A stretch of 64,000 nt of DNA from Laetmonice hystrix (lineage: Eukaryota): the NCBI GenBank assembly GCA_965235115.1, contig OZ249436.1, forward strand, positions 11,098,001 through 11,162,000, in the 5' to 3' direction. The translations under genes and the position numbers were made by a program. The notes under the pieces are model-generated. The model worked only from the letters and a program-made list of their open reading frames with translations. It was not told where the DNA came from and ran no database searches. Shown in pieces: positions 15,011-30,000 of the stretch; position 1 is the first letter of the stretch, and every line of letters begins with the position of its first letter.

Positions 15011-15053
15011 ATGGCAGCAGCAGCCGCAATGCCTCCCGGAGGATCGCAGACCC
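15011..15053 (+). CDS. ARNT: ARNT candidate first coding exon 1a ([14 protein letters not shown], phase 1)
   Basis: agtATGG strong start context; 43 nt, then donor C|GTAAGT; phase 1 fits exon 2; CpG-rich surroundings; MAA start and phase-1 end resemble vertebrate ARNT exon 1. Confidence 0.68.
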
Positions 15054-18000
15054 GTAAGTTGACATATCTCCATTCTCAGACCCACGGCTGCCTCCGCCTA
15101 CGGCCGCCTACTTCTTCTTGCACTCGCATCGCTTGATTACCGTACACTCGCGCTTCTTTTCCTCTACATGTTTGGGATTGCTACTGCTGAAGACGGAAGG
15201 GTGGTGAATCGGGGGGTGGGAGAAGATGTGGGTACCGTTGTTTGAAGGGGAGGTGACAGTTCGTTGGGAGAGCGGGGCGGGCGGGCAGTCGCGGCGCAGG
15301 GGGCAGAGTGAAGCAGGTTACCGACGACGTTTATGTCCGTTGGCGGCGGTCGTCAGAACAGAAGTGGGACGACAATGCTCTCGTCATAGTAGTAGTCCAC
15401 TAGAGATTGATGTGTATTCGGTACAGGTGAATTCTTCGGCCTGTGAATGTTATGGCGTTGATTTTAAGAATATAAGACTTTTCATTGTAGGCCTAACTGT
15501 GTTCAGCGAATTCGTACGTGTTTTTATTTCTAGAATGTTTCAGAACTGATTTACGTACCGGGGTATCTATTATGTCGGTGAGCATCCTAAGATAACGTAG
15601 ATTTTATTTCCCCTTAGATTTCCAATGCTAGGTAATGCTTAAGACTAAAAGAAAAGAATGTATTAAAAAATAAGAGTTCAGAGGCAGGGGTAATTCTAAA
15701 CGGTTATTTAAAAAGGTGTGCCCAGTGCATTAAATTATAATGTCAGTCATGGACACCCTCGGCTCAAGTTAAGGTATCATATTCATGAAGATTGCTTTGT
15801 TGTATGAGAACTGAAGATGACACCAGTCTGGCATGCAAGGGGTGGGGGGCTTCGTTGAGTGAAAGTCAACAAAATATTGCTATGCATAAGTGTGTGTTTG
15901 AATACATTGTGTGTGCCACTAGGGTCTTCCTAATCCATGATTCTCATTGGGTTCTCATGCACTGCAAAGAAAGGTGCATCAGTTTGTTCATCAGATGAGC
16001 TCATTCCATCAGTCGACATAGCAATAATGTTAACATAAGAAGCATTGTGTTAAAATTGCTATACATGATTCTGCATTCAATAAACATTGCATCAAGTTCA
16101 ACGTGTTCAAGTTCAAGATGTGTATTCTGCTGCTAGATATATTATTGTGACTGATTTATTTTAAAATCATGGCAGATTGCTGCTCATAATGACTTTAGTT
16201 GAGCACATGGGTAATGAATGAGGTTAAATGAAATGTAGTCTAAAGGAATCTTGTAGATTGAGGTACATGTACTTGATGTAGCTTTTGGTCATTGTGTACA
16301 CAGCAATGAGCATGATATTGAACTGATAAAACCCCATGTTGTAGAATGAGTGCACTGACCCAAATCCAATCTTAATGCTTGCAAACATGTTTTCCATCAA
16401 AGGCTGATGAGGTTTCCGGTGACACAGGTTGGTTGGTCACAGGCGAATTGGGAGAATCAATGAAGGGTAAATGACTCATGGCTTTGATGAGTTAAGGGGG
16501 GGGGGGACCTGTCTGGAAGAGGGGAGGGCCCTCAGGAGACCCACCTGACCTATTTGCAGGCCAAGGCAACCGACTAAGGTTGCATGCATGCAAAATAACA
16601 ATGGCACTCAGTTTGCATGTGCTTAATGCACAGTTCCCCCTCTACAGGGAAATGTCAGCCGATGTGGGTCAAAATGGGCTTCATGCAGACACTAGTGGGG
16701 TTGTCAGCTTCTATTGTGGCCATTAACTAGCATACTCAGGCTGCCATGCGCCAGATTCAGGGGGTGAACAATATCCAGGTGCATATTTAAACATATATAC
16801 AGGTACTGGTATATGATTTTAACGACAGCTAAATTGTCCAATCGGTAATACTGTCCCTGTATAAGGCGAATATTGTTGTATCTGTTACCGGCGTAGTTAA
16901 TTTGGTTGATGAAATTGTTACAAGAAACCGTCCAGCCAATGAAGGAACCTTTGCCAAGAGAAAAACGTTTTGCAACAGCTTACAGTATTCACGAAGTGCT
17001 CCTGGTTGCATTGGATTAACAAAACCAAAAAAGATCTTGTGTCGGTTGTTTGCGTGAGAACCGTGTGCTTGATAATGGGGGAGAATAAGATTATATCAGC
17101 CGGTTGTCATCACCATGGAAACTGGGCTATTATAATGGTCTGATAGCATGTCAAGAGACCCTGCTGAAATCCACCGACCATAGTGTCCATGTATCCAGAC
17201 CTATGAGTTAGTACTGATGAGTTAATATTGATGCCGGTTGGGATGGCCAATGTGGGCTATGTCAAAGCTTTCAAGGTCACCACCGTAGTGCTTTATGCAT
17301 CTTTATACTGGCCTGAGCGGCACAGGAGGCCGAGCTGTAGATTGCGCACAATTAGAAATCGATCAATCTGGTCTCATTCGTATGCCGGTCATGCAGGGAG
17401 GCTGGCGGCAATAGTGGGCAGCAGGGCACAGAACTGATCCTCCGCCTTGAGACTCACTATGACTGACTCAGTGACTGCATGCACCAGGGCAAGGCCAGCC
17501 CAGGCATGCAGGCTACAAGCTATCGTAGCTCTTAGCCCAGGTAGCACTTGATCAGTTGTGTATAAATCATATCCCAGGACGTGCTGTCATTCACCAGTAG
17601 GGAATGCCCCCAGTAGTACACATTAAGTCAGGATTTCCCCTCCAGATTATCAACAGCACTGTGGAGGGGGGCAGTGAAGTACGTCCGGTAGTTGTGATAA
17701 GAAAATCATTTCACACGAGTGCTCTTCATTGATAATGTAAATACATGTTACTTGTTAGGGCCCTAGAATGGAGGGGGATATTGTGAGATGTATGCAGCCA
17801 AGTACTCACGTGAATGTAAAGGGGCATATTTGTAACCAGTAATATGAATTAATTTTTAAATTGATTCCCTGTCATCATTTATCAGATATAAACATGATAT
17901 CTGGTAGGCCAGGACCCCGAGAGGAGTGGAGTTAGGAGGGTAGCAAGCAGTTCTATATATAATGTAGAGCAGGGATGATGTGGTGGGCTGTCCCAGCAAG

Positions 18001-21000
18001 GTTCTCTCAGATTGTATGATTTTTAACGGAAGATGATTGTCAACATTCTCACAAGGTGACGTACTGTTGACTCGTGACACTGACGCGGTGCCTTTCCTCT
18101 GACAGCAAATATTAAATATGTCTGACAGAAATACTCTGACATACTGGGGGGGGGGGGGGGGGGGTACACAATTCTCAAGAATATGGGTACTGATTATGTG
18201 TGCCCATGCCCATACATGTGTACATGTATTATAAAATCAGAAATTTCGAATCCCGCAGTCAGCCACTGTTGTTGTGACCTTAGACCAAGTTGTAATAGTG
18301 CGTGAGGTTCCGACTGTTTTTGTCGCAAGACATACCGGTACAAACAATCTTTAAATGTTCTATAATTCTGGTTACTTGGTGCAACATATATGTTGACGTA
18401 AAATAAGGACTAATTTGGGATTGGCCTGATATCCAAACAGAATGGTAGCCAGATGTATTTGCTTCACGTTTACAAGCATGATTTAAGTAAAGGAAAGTAC
18501 TTAATGCCCTCAAGGTTTCCTGCAGGCCTTTTTTCCGGGGGGGGGGGGGCGCAAGACTCCCCCCCATTATTCAGCTCCTACCCCCCCCCCCCCCAAAAAA
18601 GAAATTTCCAAGGGGAAATATTTTGCATTACACTCTCCCCCCCCCCAACTCCCCTCCCAAATGCTCACTGACGTAGACATGGCATGTTAAATCAAATATA
18701 TCCAGATTGATGGTAAGACTATTTGAACAAGCCGTCATTACATAATCGGTAGACTACCAATACATATATATGTAACCTGATTCAGACTCGGGTCACCGTT
18801 TTCAGACTCTTTATTTCCAACCCTGACATTGGTCAGTCTTGGTCTGCTTGTGTAATGTATCCCGGAAACGTTGAGTGATTCTGGGAACTAAGTGCGTCAA
18901 TTGTACCAGCTTGGCAAGTGTCAGAACATCATCTTAACATGTACCTACGTAGTTATGTAGAGGACATCCTGGGTTAGAGTACGGGGTATATATAACTCTG
19001 ACATACTTTGATGCTGGCGTCTGTAATGCATAAGGTTAGGCAACATGGGTCGAGTTAGGCCTAATAATATTATACGTACTGCGGTATAATGTAATGGTGT
19101 AGTCTGTGCTTAGTGTAGACAGTGAATGTACGTGAGGAGGCACGCAGTGTAGGTACGGGTACCTGTACTTGTCTTTGTAAATTACATGTACCTATACTGT
19201 ACCGAGTGACCGACAAAGCAGTCGTTGGCCTCCTCCCAAAATATAGTGTTTGAAATGAATTCATCCAGTTATTTGCAACGATATTAATGTAGAGTATATT
19301 TGTAAAATAAGAATGGTTTATCGTTGGCGTGTCAGTGAGGGATACTGTACCGGATTGGGCTCTTCATATCATCTTTGGAAAGAGGAGATTAGATTCCAGC
19401 AAAGTTTCTGGAAAATCTTCCCTCAGTCACCGATCGTCTGAGCAAGGCGAAAATATAAAACAAGAGGAGATCACGAATGAGAGTAAAATGTCAAAAAGGA
19501 ACACTTGATTCAAAACTAGAAGATAATTAGACGAACGGCCCAGTTTACATAGTTAGAGTTTGAGAATAATCATCAAGGTTCTACTTGTAGACATGATCTT
19601 ACCAGGCTAAGTTAGCAGTACACAATGTTGGGTTTTTATAGTTAGATACATAAGATAGTGCATGTACATGGATGAATTGAAACTCATTGCCACCACATGT
19701 TAATGCCACATGGCTCCAGGCGAAAAACACTTCGATGTATATTTTTTAGCACTGATGTGTCCCATAGACCGCCAACCTCGAGCCTCTGTTATTGCCGCCC
19801 CTTCAGGCGAGCAATACAAGGTTAGCTTGTTCCTCAAACACACACATACCGCTGTCCTTGTATTGACCTTATTATTTAGATGGTTGCCTTGGTGGTTATG
19901 ATAATTGATATATTAAAACATGCTCAATAACGGATAGATCTTTATATTAAAATCTGAACCAACCAGAAGCTATAATGTATGAGTGGTCACCAGTTCTCTC
20001 GAGCTGACATGATCTGATTAAAGAGTTCCTTGGGTGAGGGTGGGCGGGGGGGGGGGGGGGGGCATTTTTTACTTCGTTAACTTTATATTATGGTCTCCAT
20101 GGGAATTGAACCCCATAAGTAAAGATGCTCTGGTTAATAGTAGTATGATTATGACGGAAAAGAGATGCACAGGATATAGGACTAGGAGTAGAATTTGAAG
20201 GCCCAGCCCCAATATATACGACGAAATTGCCCCTACCAATCAGCCCGACCCATTATCTGTAACCTGGAGTTCAAACAATAACCAATTATGAACAAACATA
20301 CCGCACGGAGACACCAGTGGCATCGCATGAGCCTCACCTCGCCACTAATCTTAGACATCTGGTCAACAACGTTATATTCAATGGTTCGTGCTGTTTCAAA
20401 ATGTAACTATGAGCTTCAATGAGAAACCTTTTCCCACAGAGAAATAAGGTTAGATCACACTGACTGTCTTATCAGTGTTGTTTCATTATTAAATTAATCA
20501 TGGATCATTAGTTTGCGACGTTCCGTGTCATAATTTGTTTGTTTGATTCAGGCAGTATCTACATACCATGATAGGTTTGTGCATGGGTAGTATACTTCCC
20601 TTCATGTATATTGGCCCCATCATTATTCTTGCGTATCCGAACTACGTGTGTTGGAAGAGGAGGAAGAGGAAGGACCGTTAGGGCTATTTATAGATTCAGT
20701 GTTTCGGAAGTGACCATGCATGACCGCAGACGTAGCAAACCTGTGACAAGAAGAGTTAGAGAAAAGAGTAGAAAAATGTGGTTCTATGAAAGCTGGACAG
20801 ATGAATTTTTATTTTTATAACACAGACACCCCTGTTACCTTGTGTCCTTCGAAAGACGAAACTTTTGAACGTATGGCGATGTAACCTGAAGAAAGAGCAG
20901 GAAAACAAACGCTTGTTCAGCAGTTATTATATGGTCACGGTATGTGACTGGCATTCCTCTGCCGAGAGGATTGTACGTGGCTGATGGTGGTACTGGTACA

Positions 21001-24000
21001 TGTAGTGTGTTGGCTGGACGGTGGAAGGAGGGAACGCTCATTTTGTATAACTTGTGTGGATGAGGAGCACAAGAGCTGCGATACCAGACTTGGAAACCCT
21101 GTAAATGTCTTGTTCTGCTTGGTTCATGAATACTCAGATCTACTCTTTGTAGTAGTGTTATATCGGACAAGTCTAGATTCATTTCAGAGTCGGTAATGTA
21201 AACCGTGTAGTGTAGGCCAGGTGAGTCTGAGACGGGTCTAGGTTCTCGTATCGTGTGGCAAAGGAAATTACCTGCACTCAGGGAAAATTGCGCGGTCCCT
21301 TGTACGCCACATGGGTGGAGAAAGTGTGCTTGAGCATGCCAAGGGTGCATTAGACGAAGTAATGACTATGTAAATGAGAGGCTGCAGTGACCTTTTAACC
21401 TCTCAAAGGGGGTGCATCTCGGGGACTAGAGGTCACTCCTTCAACTGTCTCTGGCATTACCCAACAAAGGTTCTCGGGAAGTTCTAACGTCAAAGTTTGA
21501 ATAAAAAAAAGAGAAAAAATAGGCACAATGCAGCTCGTTGTGCACACAGTCCAAGAAGTCCAACTCCATTTATGCGACATATTATATGATTGTCATAAAA
21601 TGACATCACCTACTAGCCGGGACAGACCACAGTTCATTGATAGATGTCTATGGTTCAGAGGTTCTTCCGTGACATACTAACAGGTTTTGATGTTCTGCGA
21701 GGTTGTTTTTAGGCAGATTCGCATACAGTTAGAGTTAAGTGACATCTGCTGCAGTCAGTCATGCACGAAGTGACGTCGTTCTGTACCTTCCTGAATAAAG
21801 GCAGACGAGGAAGCTGCACAGCGTCTGACGTATATATCGGAGCCGAGGCATGCTCATGGAAGCTTATCTCCGAGCACGCGGTACGCGCAGCTATTTCCAT
21901 ACATCCTTGAAGTGTTATTTCTAGCATTTAATAACCACGGTTTTGTAGAAATCATGGTCATTTCGCAGTTCGAATTTGTAGAGTCTAGGCCGTGGATGCA
22001 CCAGATTATTGTAGGAGACCCAGGCAGGATCTATATCTTTCGAATATTGATTCCTGATTTGGGATTTATTCACTTACCGACGCTTCATATATCAACCCGT
22101 AATTTTTAATGCAGATGGCGAAAGGTCAGTACTTTTACTTTCATTTGATATCAACGGTTCATTGACCATTGGATGTCGTTAACCGTCCATGCTGCTAGTA
22201 AGATAACTGATGACCGAATTCTGAGAACCACGGTCACAAATACGATATTTTGCTTTCAGTTAATCACGGTACAGCATTTACTGTATCATGGTTGAGGAAA
22301 TGGGCCTGCCAGTCTGAATCAGTGAATGGTCCACAGTTAACTTACACCCTAAAACGACCCACCCCGTTGAAAATCCTCGCTAGGCCTGGCCTATGGCTAT
22401 GGAGCTGTAAGTGTTCCAGAATGAATCGTTGCTGAATTTAAAAATTGTCATTCCTTTCATCATGTCAAAAAAGGAGGTGAAATGGGCGGTAATAATTATA
22501 TTTGCGATCACGTTCAGAAATTCAAAGGCGTAAAAAGAAATATGAAGTCCTTTGATTGCTTTCACCATGAATAAAATTCGATGAATTCAGGAGTAGTTTA
22601 GTGTTGAGAAGAATCGATCACTTGACGCCCTCACTGTCTCGGCGTGGTCGACAAGGCAGACACGTTCTGGAAGTACCGCTAGGTGGCCAGCAAATTGCTG
22701 TCGGAAGCGCGATAGATTGCTTCACTGGTCTCCCGCTAGGGAAGTGAGCCGTGCTCGCGGGTAGGCACACCGGTGGGCCACCTTGTGGAAAACTATAGTA
22801 CTACCACTCGAGCATTTCTCAGAGTTACCACCAGGGGCGGGCAGACGCTACTTCACAGGATATCTGTCAGGGGGCAGCACTAGAGCCTTAGAATCACGCT
22901 TTTTATGGAAAGCTGTGGTAATCATAGTAGTAGGCCTGGACGGTACTCTATATTACAGAAATACTGTAATCCCCCACTTACCTGCCCTATTCCCAAAGTG
23001 GCCGAAAATTGTCTAAGTTCAAAAAGGTACTACATTGGTTGAGGGTAACAACCGATTACAAAACAGCCGTACCAGGTGGTTTATCTGTCCCTAGCGCATG
23101 GCTGTTCCATCCATTTCTCTCCGACCCAGTCAGTATTATAGAGATTTTAGGACTTTGAAATTTTATGCTCTAGGGAATAGGACATCATGTAAGGGGGGGA
23201 TTACAATAAATGTACAGATATATATCTAGTTCGTTCCTCAGTTTTGCAATACTACAATATACATGTGGCTATAATATTTTCTCTTACACAGTAGTTATGA
23301 TGATGAAGACATGTCATGTTTGCTCACCAGGGCAACCTTAATTACACTTAACTCCCGGGGGTCAGGTGGGTTACCATGGTAACCACTTGAACTTTAGACA
23401 TTACAAAAATGCAACCATAGTGAAATTAATGGGCGTAAAAAAATGCCTGCAAACATTTAAAATTAAAGATTATATTATTGCAACAATCTTTAACAATGTA
23501 CCTACATGTATACTTTTTGTCAATAACAACAAATACAAGTCACAGAATATTGTAAATTAGCTTTCCTATTTTCTGCCTTTTCCTGAGGATGGCTTAGTAG
23601 AAATCAGCAGTTACGTATCGGTTTCACCATGTCAAAGTCAGCTTGCCATCCAAACTTGTAATGGTACCGAGTCCGGCTGATCCAGGGGCTTATTGTAACA
23701 CTACTCCGACACAATTAGCCATCAGTGCAAACTTTTCCCCGCAGAAAACAGATTACCATGATAGTATGTTGCTGTAGTAATATAAGTTGTCACCCAAGTA
23801 AGGGGAGTCAACAGTCGCCCATTCGAGTCGGACTTAATATCGTGGACGTCAGGCTACATTGCCTGGCTGTGGGAGTTACTGATTTTAATACCAGTGAAAC
23901 AAAATCTTATCCACATTGGAGCACATATGGCAAAGTTACTGACAAGTTACAGCTCTATGACATGTAGTCGAGCTGACAAGTTTGCAGCAGGTTGATTGGT

Positions 24001-27000
24001 GGGTACAAGTTGAGGTGACATTCCGGGAGGTGGTGGTTGTGAGAGGTTACATCATTCATTAGGCTGCTCCGTATGCAGACAAATTAGACGTGGAAGTGGC
24101 GTCTGCCCTGGCGGGCTGACACCTGATGGTACCCAGGGATGAAGGTCCCCACCTCTACTGGTTTGTTAACGAGCTGGCCGTCATGCCCGCCCACGCTACA
24201 TCCTACAGTATCCGAGATCGGAGACGTGCCCTGGTCACGCCTAAAATCTCTCGTATTGATGGCTCAAGTTTAGGATGGCTAAAAATGATGTCAAATGTTG
24301 GATATAGAATTTAAACCTGATTTCCACGTAACTGTTGCAAGAACGGTCAGGCTATCGGATGGAAAGTGAGAGGTTGTTATTTTTACAATATCCAGGTTAT
24401 CGTGATCTACAATATTAAATTAAAACCATGAATAGAAAAATGATAACACACTTACACATTCTTAGGAGGGTCCATCAGTGACAACTTCATCTAGAAGTTT
24501 AAAGTTGACATAATATGAAATCTGTCCGTTTTAACGTCTGGGAATTGAAGACTACTTCACGGGGCAACAGTCATGTTTTCAGTTACATGACATGATCATT
24601 TATGTAAAATATGAAACATGTAGCGGTGGTAGATACGGAAATCTGTTTGTACTTAAGTCAGTGATGATTTTTGTTGCCATGGTTTTGTGTAGCAGCCGGG
24701 GTAGAGGAAGCTCTAACGTCATCCTTTATTTGGGGTCCAGAGTGTAGAAAGTTCACCAGTTAAACACTTTCAATGGTTCCTGACGTTGTCGGACGTGGCC
24801 AGAGTCAGGCATCAGGGCAGAGTTATGTCAATCAAGTTGTTTCATTTGTCATTGTCATTATACTCAGCACCACGTTCGATGTCAGTAGGGTTTTCCCTGT
24901 CAGTCAGAGGTCCGTGTAATACCGCTTAGTCTTTAAACAATTCGGTGTAATATCACCTAGTCTTTTCCCAGTTATAGGCCAACCCCAGCAGAAGAAACAT
25001 TATAGATTTACCGGGGTCGATCATAACCTTAATTGTGGACTAAATACTCATTGGAGGTGAGCTAAAGATAATGCTGGGTCCAAAAGCAATCCTTAAAGCT
25101 AGGAAGCTGAAATCCCTCTCGCTTCTGTTCTTTTAACTTGGGAATCGGTTCTTTGGATATTGAAATGAAGCTTAGTAGTGTATTGTCAGGTGATAGTTTC
25201 TACCTCCATGTAAAATCCAGGGATAGCGCTTTGAAACAAAGTGGTTCATTGTGTGCTTTTTCAAGTCGTCCCAGAGAGATTGAAATCAAAGCAGGCCATG
25301 TTGCATTGAAGAAACAGCGGCACATTTAGAATTTTCACTGTTCGATTTAGCAACGGATGTATCTCGTGACCTCCTCATTGGAGAAATAAAAACCGAAAAT
25401 TCTTTTCTTATTTCAATCCATCAGTAAGAACGGTAGTAGTGTGCTTTTTTTACGTTTGCAGATTAGCCAAATTAGGTTGAAACGATTGATTGATGAATAA
25501 TATCATGTAGTTTTTCTTTCTGTGATGCTGTGAGGTGGCTATGTATGGGGCTATAGGCACGTAGGCAGATCGGAAGGATTCTGCGCCATACTGCAGACCG
25601 CTCTGGTGGCAAATGTCCTCCGTATCACCCGACACACAATACACGTGACGGCTGCGCTAGACAAAACATGACGATGGACAACTGCTGAAGCCAGAAAGTG
25701 CAGTGTTCCACCGCTATTGGGATTCTCCCCCCCCCCAACCCCAAGGGGCAGAGGCTTCTAATCTACCGTACGTCCGTAGATTTCTCATGTATAGGTCAGA
25801 TTGTATGAAACTTTACAAAATGAGCCGGGATGGCCTGAGGATAATGCACGTCAAATAGATTTGTGATATCATTCAAGTGTAACTCAGACAAAACGATCCT
25901 GACTTCTTTCAGAGTTGGTGCAAAGAAGAAGCGAGGGGCAATAAGCATGCTTATAATGTATGCCATGCCATGCCATGCGGACTTATTATGCAGTCAGCAG
26001 GGTACTCTACCAGATATTCCTTGATACTTAGTATTATAACAATACGTTATTAGTCCAAAAGTACGCCAGGCAAGAGAATTTCCCAACCTTTTCATCGTGG
26101 TGAGATCATTCTTGAGATGGATACAAATCTGTAGAGACAAATGGTATTTGAATGCTGAAAGTCGCGACTGTTGCGAGTGTTTGTGGACCTAGGTCACAAG
26201 ATAATGGGTCAATTTCAAACTTTTTTTTAAATTTTCCAATCTCGTGCCTGGTATGTAACAGAATGCTGTGGTATGTTATTGAAACGTTGACAGCTATTAT
26301 TTGTCTTCTCTTCCATGCCATGGTCAGAGTGTGGACAAACCAGAACGTTGTAGGTAACTTTCTTAGCGATAAAGGACTGGCTCTGATTTTGTTCCGTGTT
26401 TTTGCCGGTGGAACCACGTTAATAAAGGACTGAAGTATTTTTATCCCCTCCAGTGTTGACCCACAGAAATAGAATTGGGATATAGACTAGGGTCTGTCGT
26501 AGTCATAGCCCCGGACTGCGCCCCCTATCGTCCCCTCCCCAACCCGCCCAGATGTTTGATGGGAGTTCCTGAATTGTGCCGTTGGTGGCTCTTTCACGGA
26601 TAGCACATAGAGGCCTGGAATTGTAAGGCAGCTGAAAGTACATTTTGATTGGCATGTTACCAAGGTTACAGCCAACCACAAAGAGACCCTCACCTCCTGC
26701 TGTCAAAGTCAGAAGATCCCGGCACAGGTTACCATGGTGAGGTTGCCATGCCAATTGCCACCACTTCATCACTAACTACACCTAGTTGACAAGTCGTTCG
26801 CCAGTCTATGCATGCTGCTTTCTGGGTGCAAGGAAACATGCGACGCTTGGCGAGCAGAAACTGCAAATTATTCAAAGGCGTCTCATCTTTTCTCTGTTAA
26901 TAAATCCTAGCTCCCATGTCACGTTTGACCATAATTACGTCGGGAATTGGTTGTCATGGAAACAGGTGTTAGAATGTGTGGTCCAACCTGTGGAGTAGGA

Positions 27001-30000
27001 GAGAAGACAAGTGGTAATCACAGGTAGCTGAGTAATGAACACTATTGTCATCCCAGCCATCACCCTTCTCATATTCATATCGGAACTATCGTCACAGAGA
27101 TTCTCCGGCTACTAAACACCACAACCATGGGCGTCACCCAGTTGCAAAAACGTTCCCAACGGCTGACATGTTTATAGAAGAGCGACACATTCAAAAGGTT
27201 TCCACTTTTTTAAATAAATTAGGCACAAACCTAAGAAAATAATTTGAAGAAGCTCAGAAATGCGAGAGGTCCGTATATAGCAATCGGTGATTTATCTATT
27301 CAATTTGAGCAGAGCAGAGCTGAATACTGTTAATGCTTTCCCTAGCCTGTAGTATATTCTATATTTAATTATGTCAAAAAATTACTACTACTACTAGTAA
27401 CACTGCAGTATAAGTTGTGTGCATATTAGTCGATTATTTGTCTATCTCTAGAGTAATACGAGTCGTGTATGGGCCCTGGCCTGTTCTGCGTATTTGTTTA
27501 CTGTATGAGGGTTCAGCAATGAGGGATTTGTGTCGCTTTGTGGGCGGTAAACATATTACGTATTATATGCGCGGCTCACACAAAGGGCGTGAAAACCGCA
27601 TATGAAAGGTATCAATTTGTCAGAAACCTGGCGAATGTAAGACAAAACTGTGAGATGGTAAATCTGTGTGAAATATTATATGGAGAGCTACACCGCGAAC
27701 ATCGAGACCGTGTTTCGGTGGGTCATAGCCGACTTCAGTCCCTGGATTCTACATGAGTGAGATTCCCCGTGTAATAGAAATGTCAGCAACTCGTGTCAAC
27801 CACAAGGGCATCAGGACTGGTTGTGAATGATCCTTGATGTTTTATGCTGCAGGCTGCTCTGCTAAGAAAAGTATGATGGCTCAAGTAGAAGTCATTTGTT
27901 GGCATAACTTGGTAAAGTATATAAAAATACATAATTGAATGATTATAACAAAACTATCACATGTGTATTTTCTGCGAGGTTGGCGGGATGAAAAAATAAT
28001 TATTTATGCTAAATGAAACCAAGGGAGGATCCAGGATTTAGAGACTCTTAAACATGAGTTAATGAGAGTCTATTGACCTTTAGTAGCACGGCAGTCTGAC
28101 TGGTTGAGCCAGGGCGGACAAATATAAGTCTATTGGTCGCGGGTAAAAGGTATGTTTATAAGGACATACTGTATGGAGTTGGCATCTTGTGGTAAGGTAG
28201 TTGATTGATTTAGTGATACCCGTCATAGACGATGGTCGGACAGGGCCATACTGCCGTCCGCAGACGATGGTCGGAGAGGGCCATACTGCCGTCCGTAGAC
28301 GATGGTCGGAGAGGGCCATACTGCCGTCCGCAGACGATGGTCGGAGAGGGCCATACTGCCGTCCGCAGACGATGGTCGGAGAGGGCCATACTGCCGTCCG
28401 TAGACGATGGTCGGAGAGGGCCATACTGCCGTCCGCAGACGATGGTCGGAGAGGGCCATACTGCCGTCCGTAGACGATGGTCGGAGAGGGCCATACTGCC
28501 GTCCGTAGACGATGGTCGGAGAGGGCCATACTGCCGTCCGTAGACGATGGTCGGAGAGGGCCATACTGTCGTCCGTAGACGATGGTCGGGGAGGGCCATA
28601 CTGCCGTCCGTAGACGATGGTCGGAGAGGGCCATACTGCCGTCCGTAGATGATGGTCGGAGAGGGCCATACTGCCGTCCGTAGACGATGGTCGGAGAGGG
28701 CCATACTGCCGTCCGTAGACGATGGTCGGAGAGGGCCATACTGCCGTCCGTAGACGATGGTCGGAGAGGGCCATACTGCCGTCCGTAGACGATGGTCGGA
28801 GAGGGCCATACTGTCGTCCGTAGACGATGGTCGGAGAGACCCATACTGCCGTCCGTAGACGATGGTCGGAGAGGGCCATACTGCCGTCCGTAGACGATGG
28901 TCGGAGAGGGCCATACTGCCGTCCGTAGACGATGATCGGAGAGGGCCATACTGTCGTCCGTAGACGATGGTCGGAGAGGGCCATACTGCCGTCCATAGAC
29001 GATGGTCGGAGAGGGCCATACTGTCGTCCGTAGACGATGGTCGGAGAGACCCATACTGCCGTCCGTAGACGATGGTCGGAGAGGGCCATACTGCCGTCCG
29101 TAGACGATGGTCGGAGAGGGCCATACTGCCGTCCGTAGACGATGGTCGGAGAGGGCCATACTGCCGTCCGTAGACGATGGTCGGAGAGGGCCATACTGCC
29201 GTCCGTAGACGATGGTCGGGGAGGGTCATACTGCCGTCCGTGTACCCCTGGTGTGATGAAGCCACTTGTCTGTGGTGTACGGTATCTAACGTTAACAACC
29301 ATATTGACTCGGATCATTTGTCACCTGTCTCTGACTGGGGTGTTTTTTTGTAATCCGGCCGTGGTGCCGTGCCGGGGCTGCTATGCTGGAGTTGGTGGTC
29401 AGCATCGAGTAGGTGTGGGTACGGTAATGATGCCATTAATTAGTATGCACGGGGGAGGATTGCCCGCAATGAAGCATGATGGCACAACACGTGTTTGCTT
29501 ACTAATGAAGATGGCATAGGGAATAATTGCCGGTTGGGGTTCAGCTGCGGTGAGCTCTAATGTAAAGCAGACAATCTGGTCTTACTGCTAATTCCCGCTG
29601 ATTATATTTGAGTGTCGCTTACTCTTGTATTATCAGCTATCATAAAGATGTCACCGTGTCTTACCATGTAACTTGTCGAGTGTAACTTGTCAGATGTAAC
29701 TCGTCAAGAGAATCCCAGCGGCAGGGTCTTTGATTCTCCTCGGTGTCTATGGTAGATGTCATGCCTGAGAGTGAGGCTGAAAACAGATTGCAAGCCACAG
29801 GTGTGGCCACTTAGCTCAGGGATTGCATATATTTGGATATTTAATACCTTCAGCCTTTGGCCTGAATGAAGAGCAGATCCCTTCCTGCATGGAGAGATTA
29901 ATGTCGATGGAGGACTTCACAGTCACCGTGTGGTGCTTAATCATGCACGGATGGCAATGCCTGGATCTTCGAATGATCTATACAAAATGACATGAATAAC

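Noticed and set aside
20835-21350. 171-aa minus-strand ORF in intron 1
   Set aside because: No recognisable domain, composition or splice support.
21850-21880. Fourth phase-1 first-exon candidate ([11 protein letters not shown]|GTACGC)
   Set aside because: Very short, weak donor, and the TATA-like motif is too close to the ATG; support is insufficient.
28080-29317. 359-364 aa ORFs, or a CRISPR-like array
   Set aside because: Products of a 35-bp tandem repeat; units are contiguous with no unique spacers, there are no cas genes, and the context is a eukaryotic intron.
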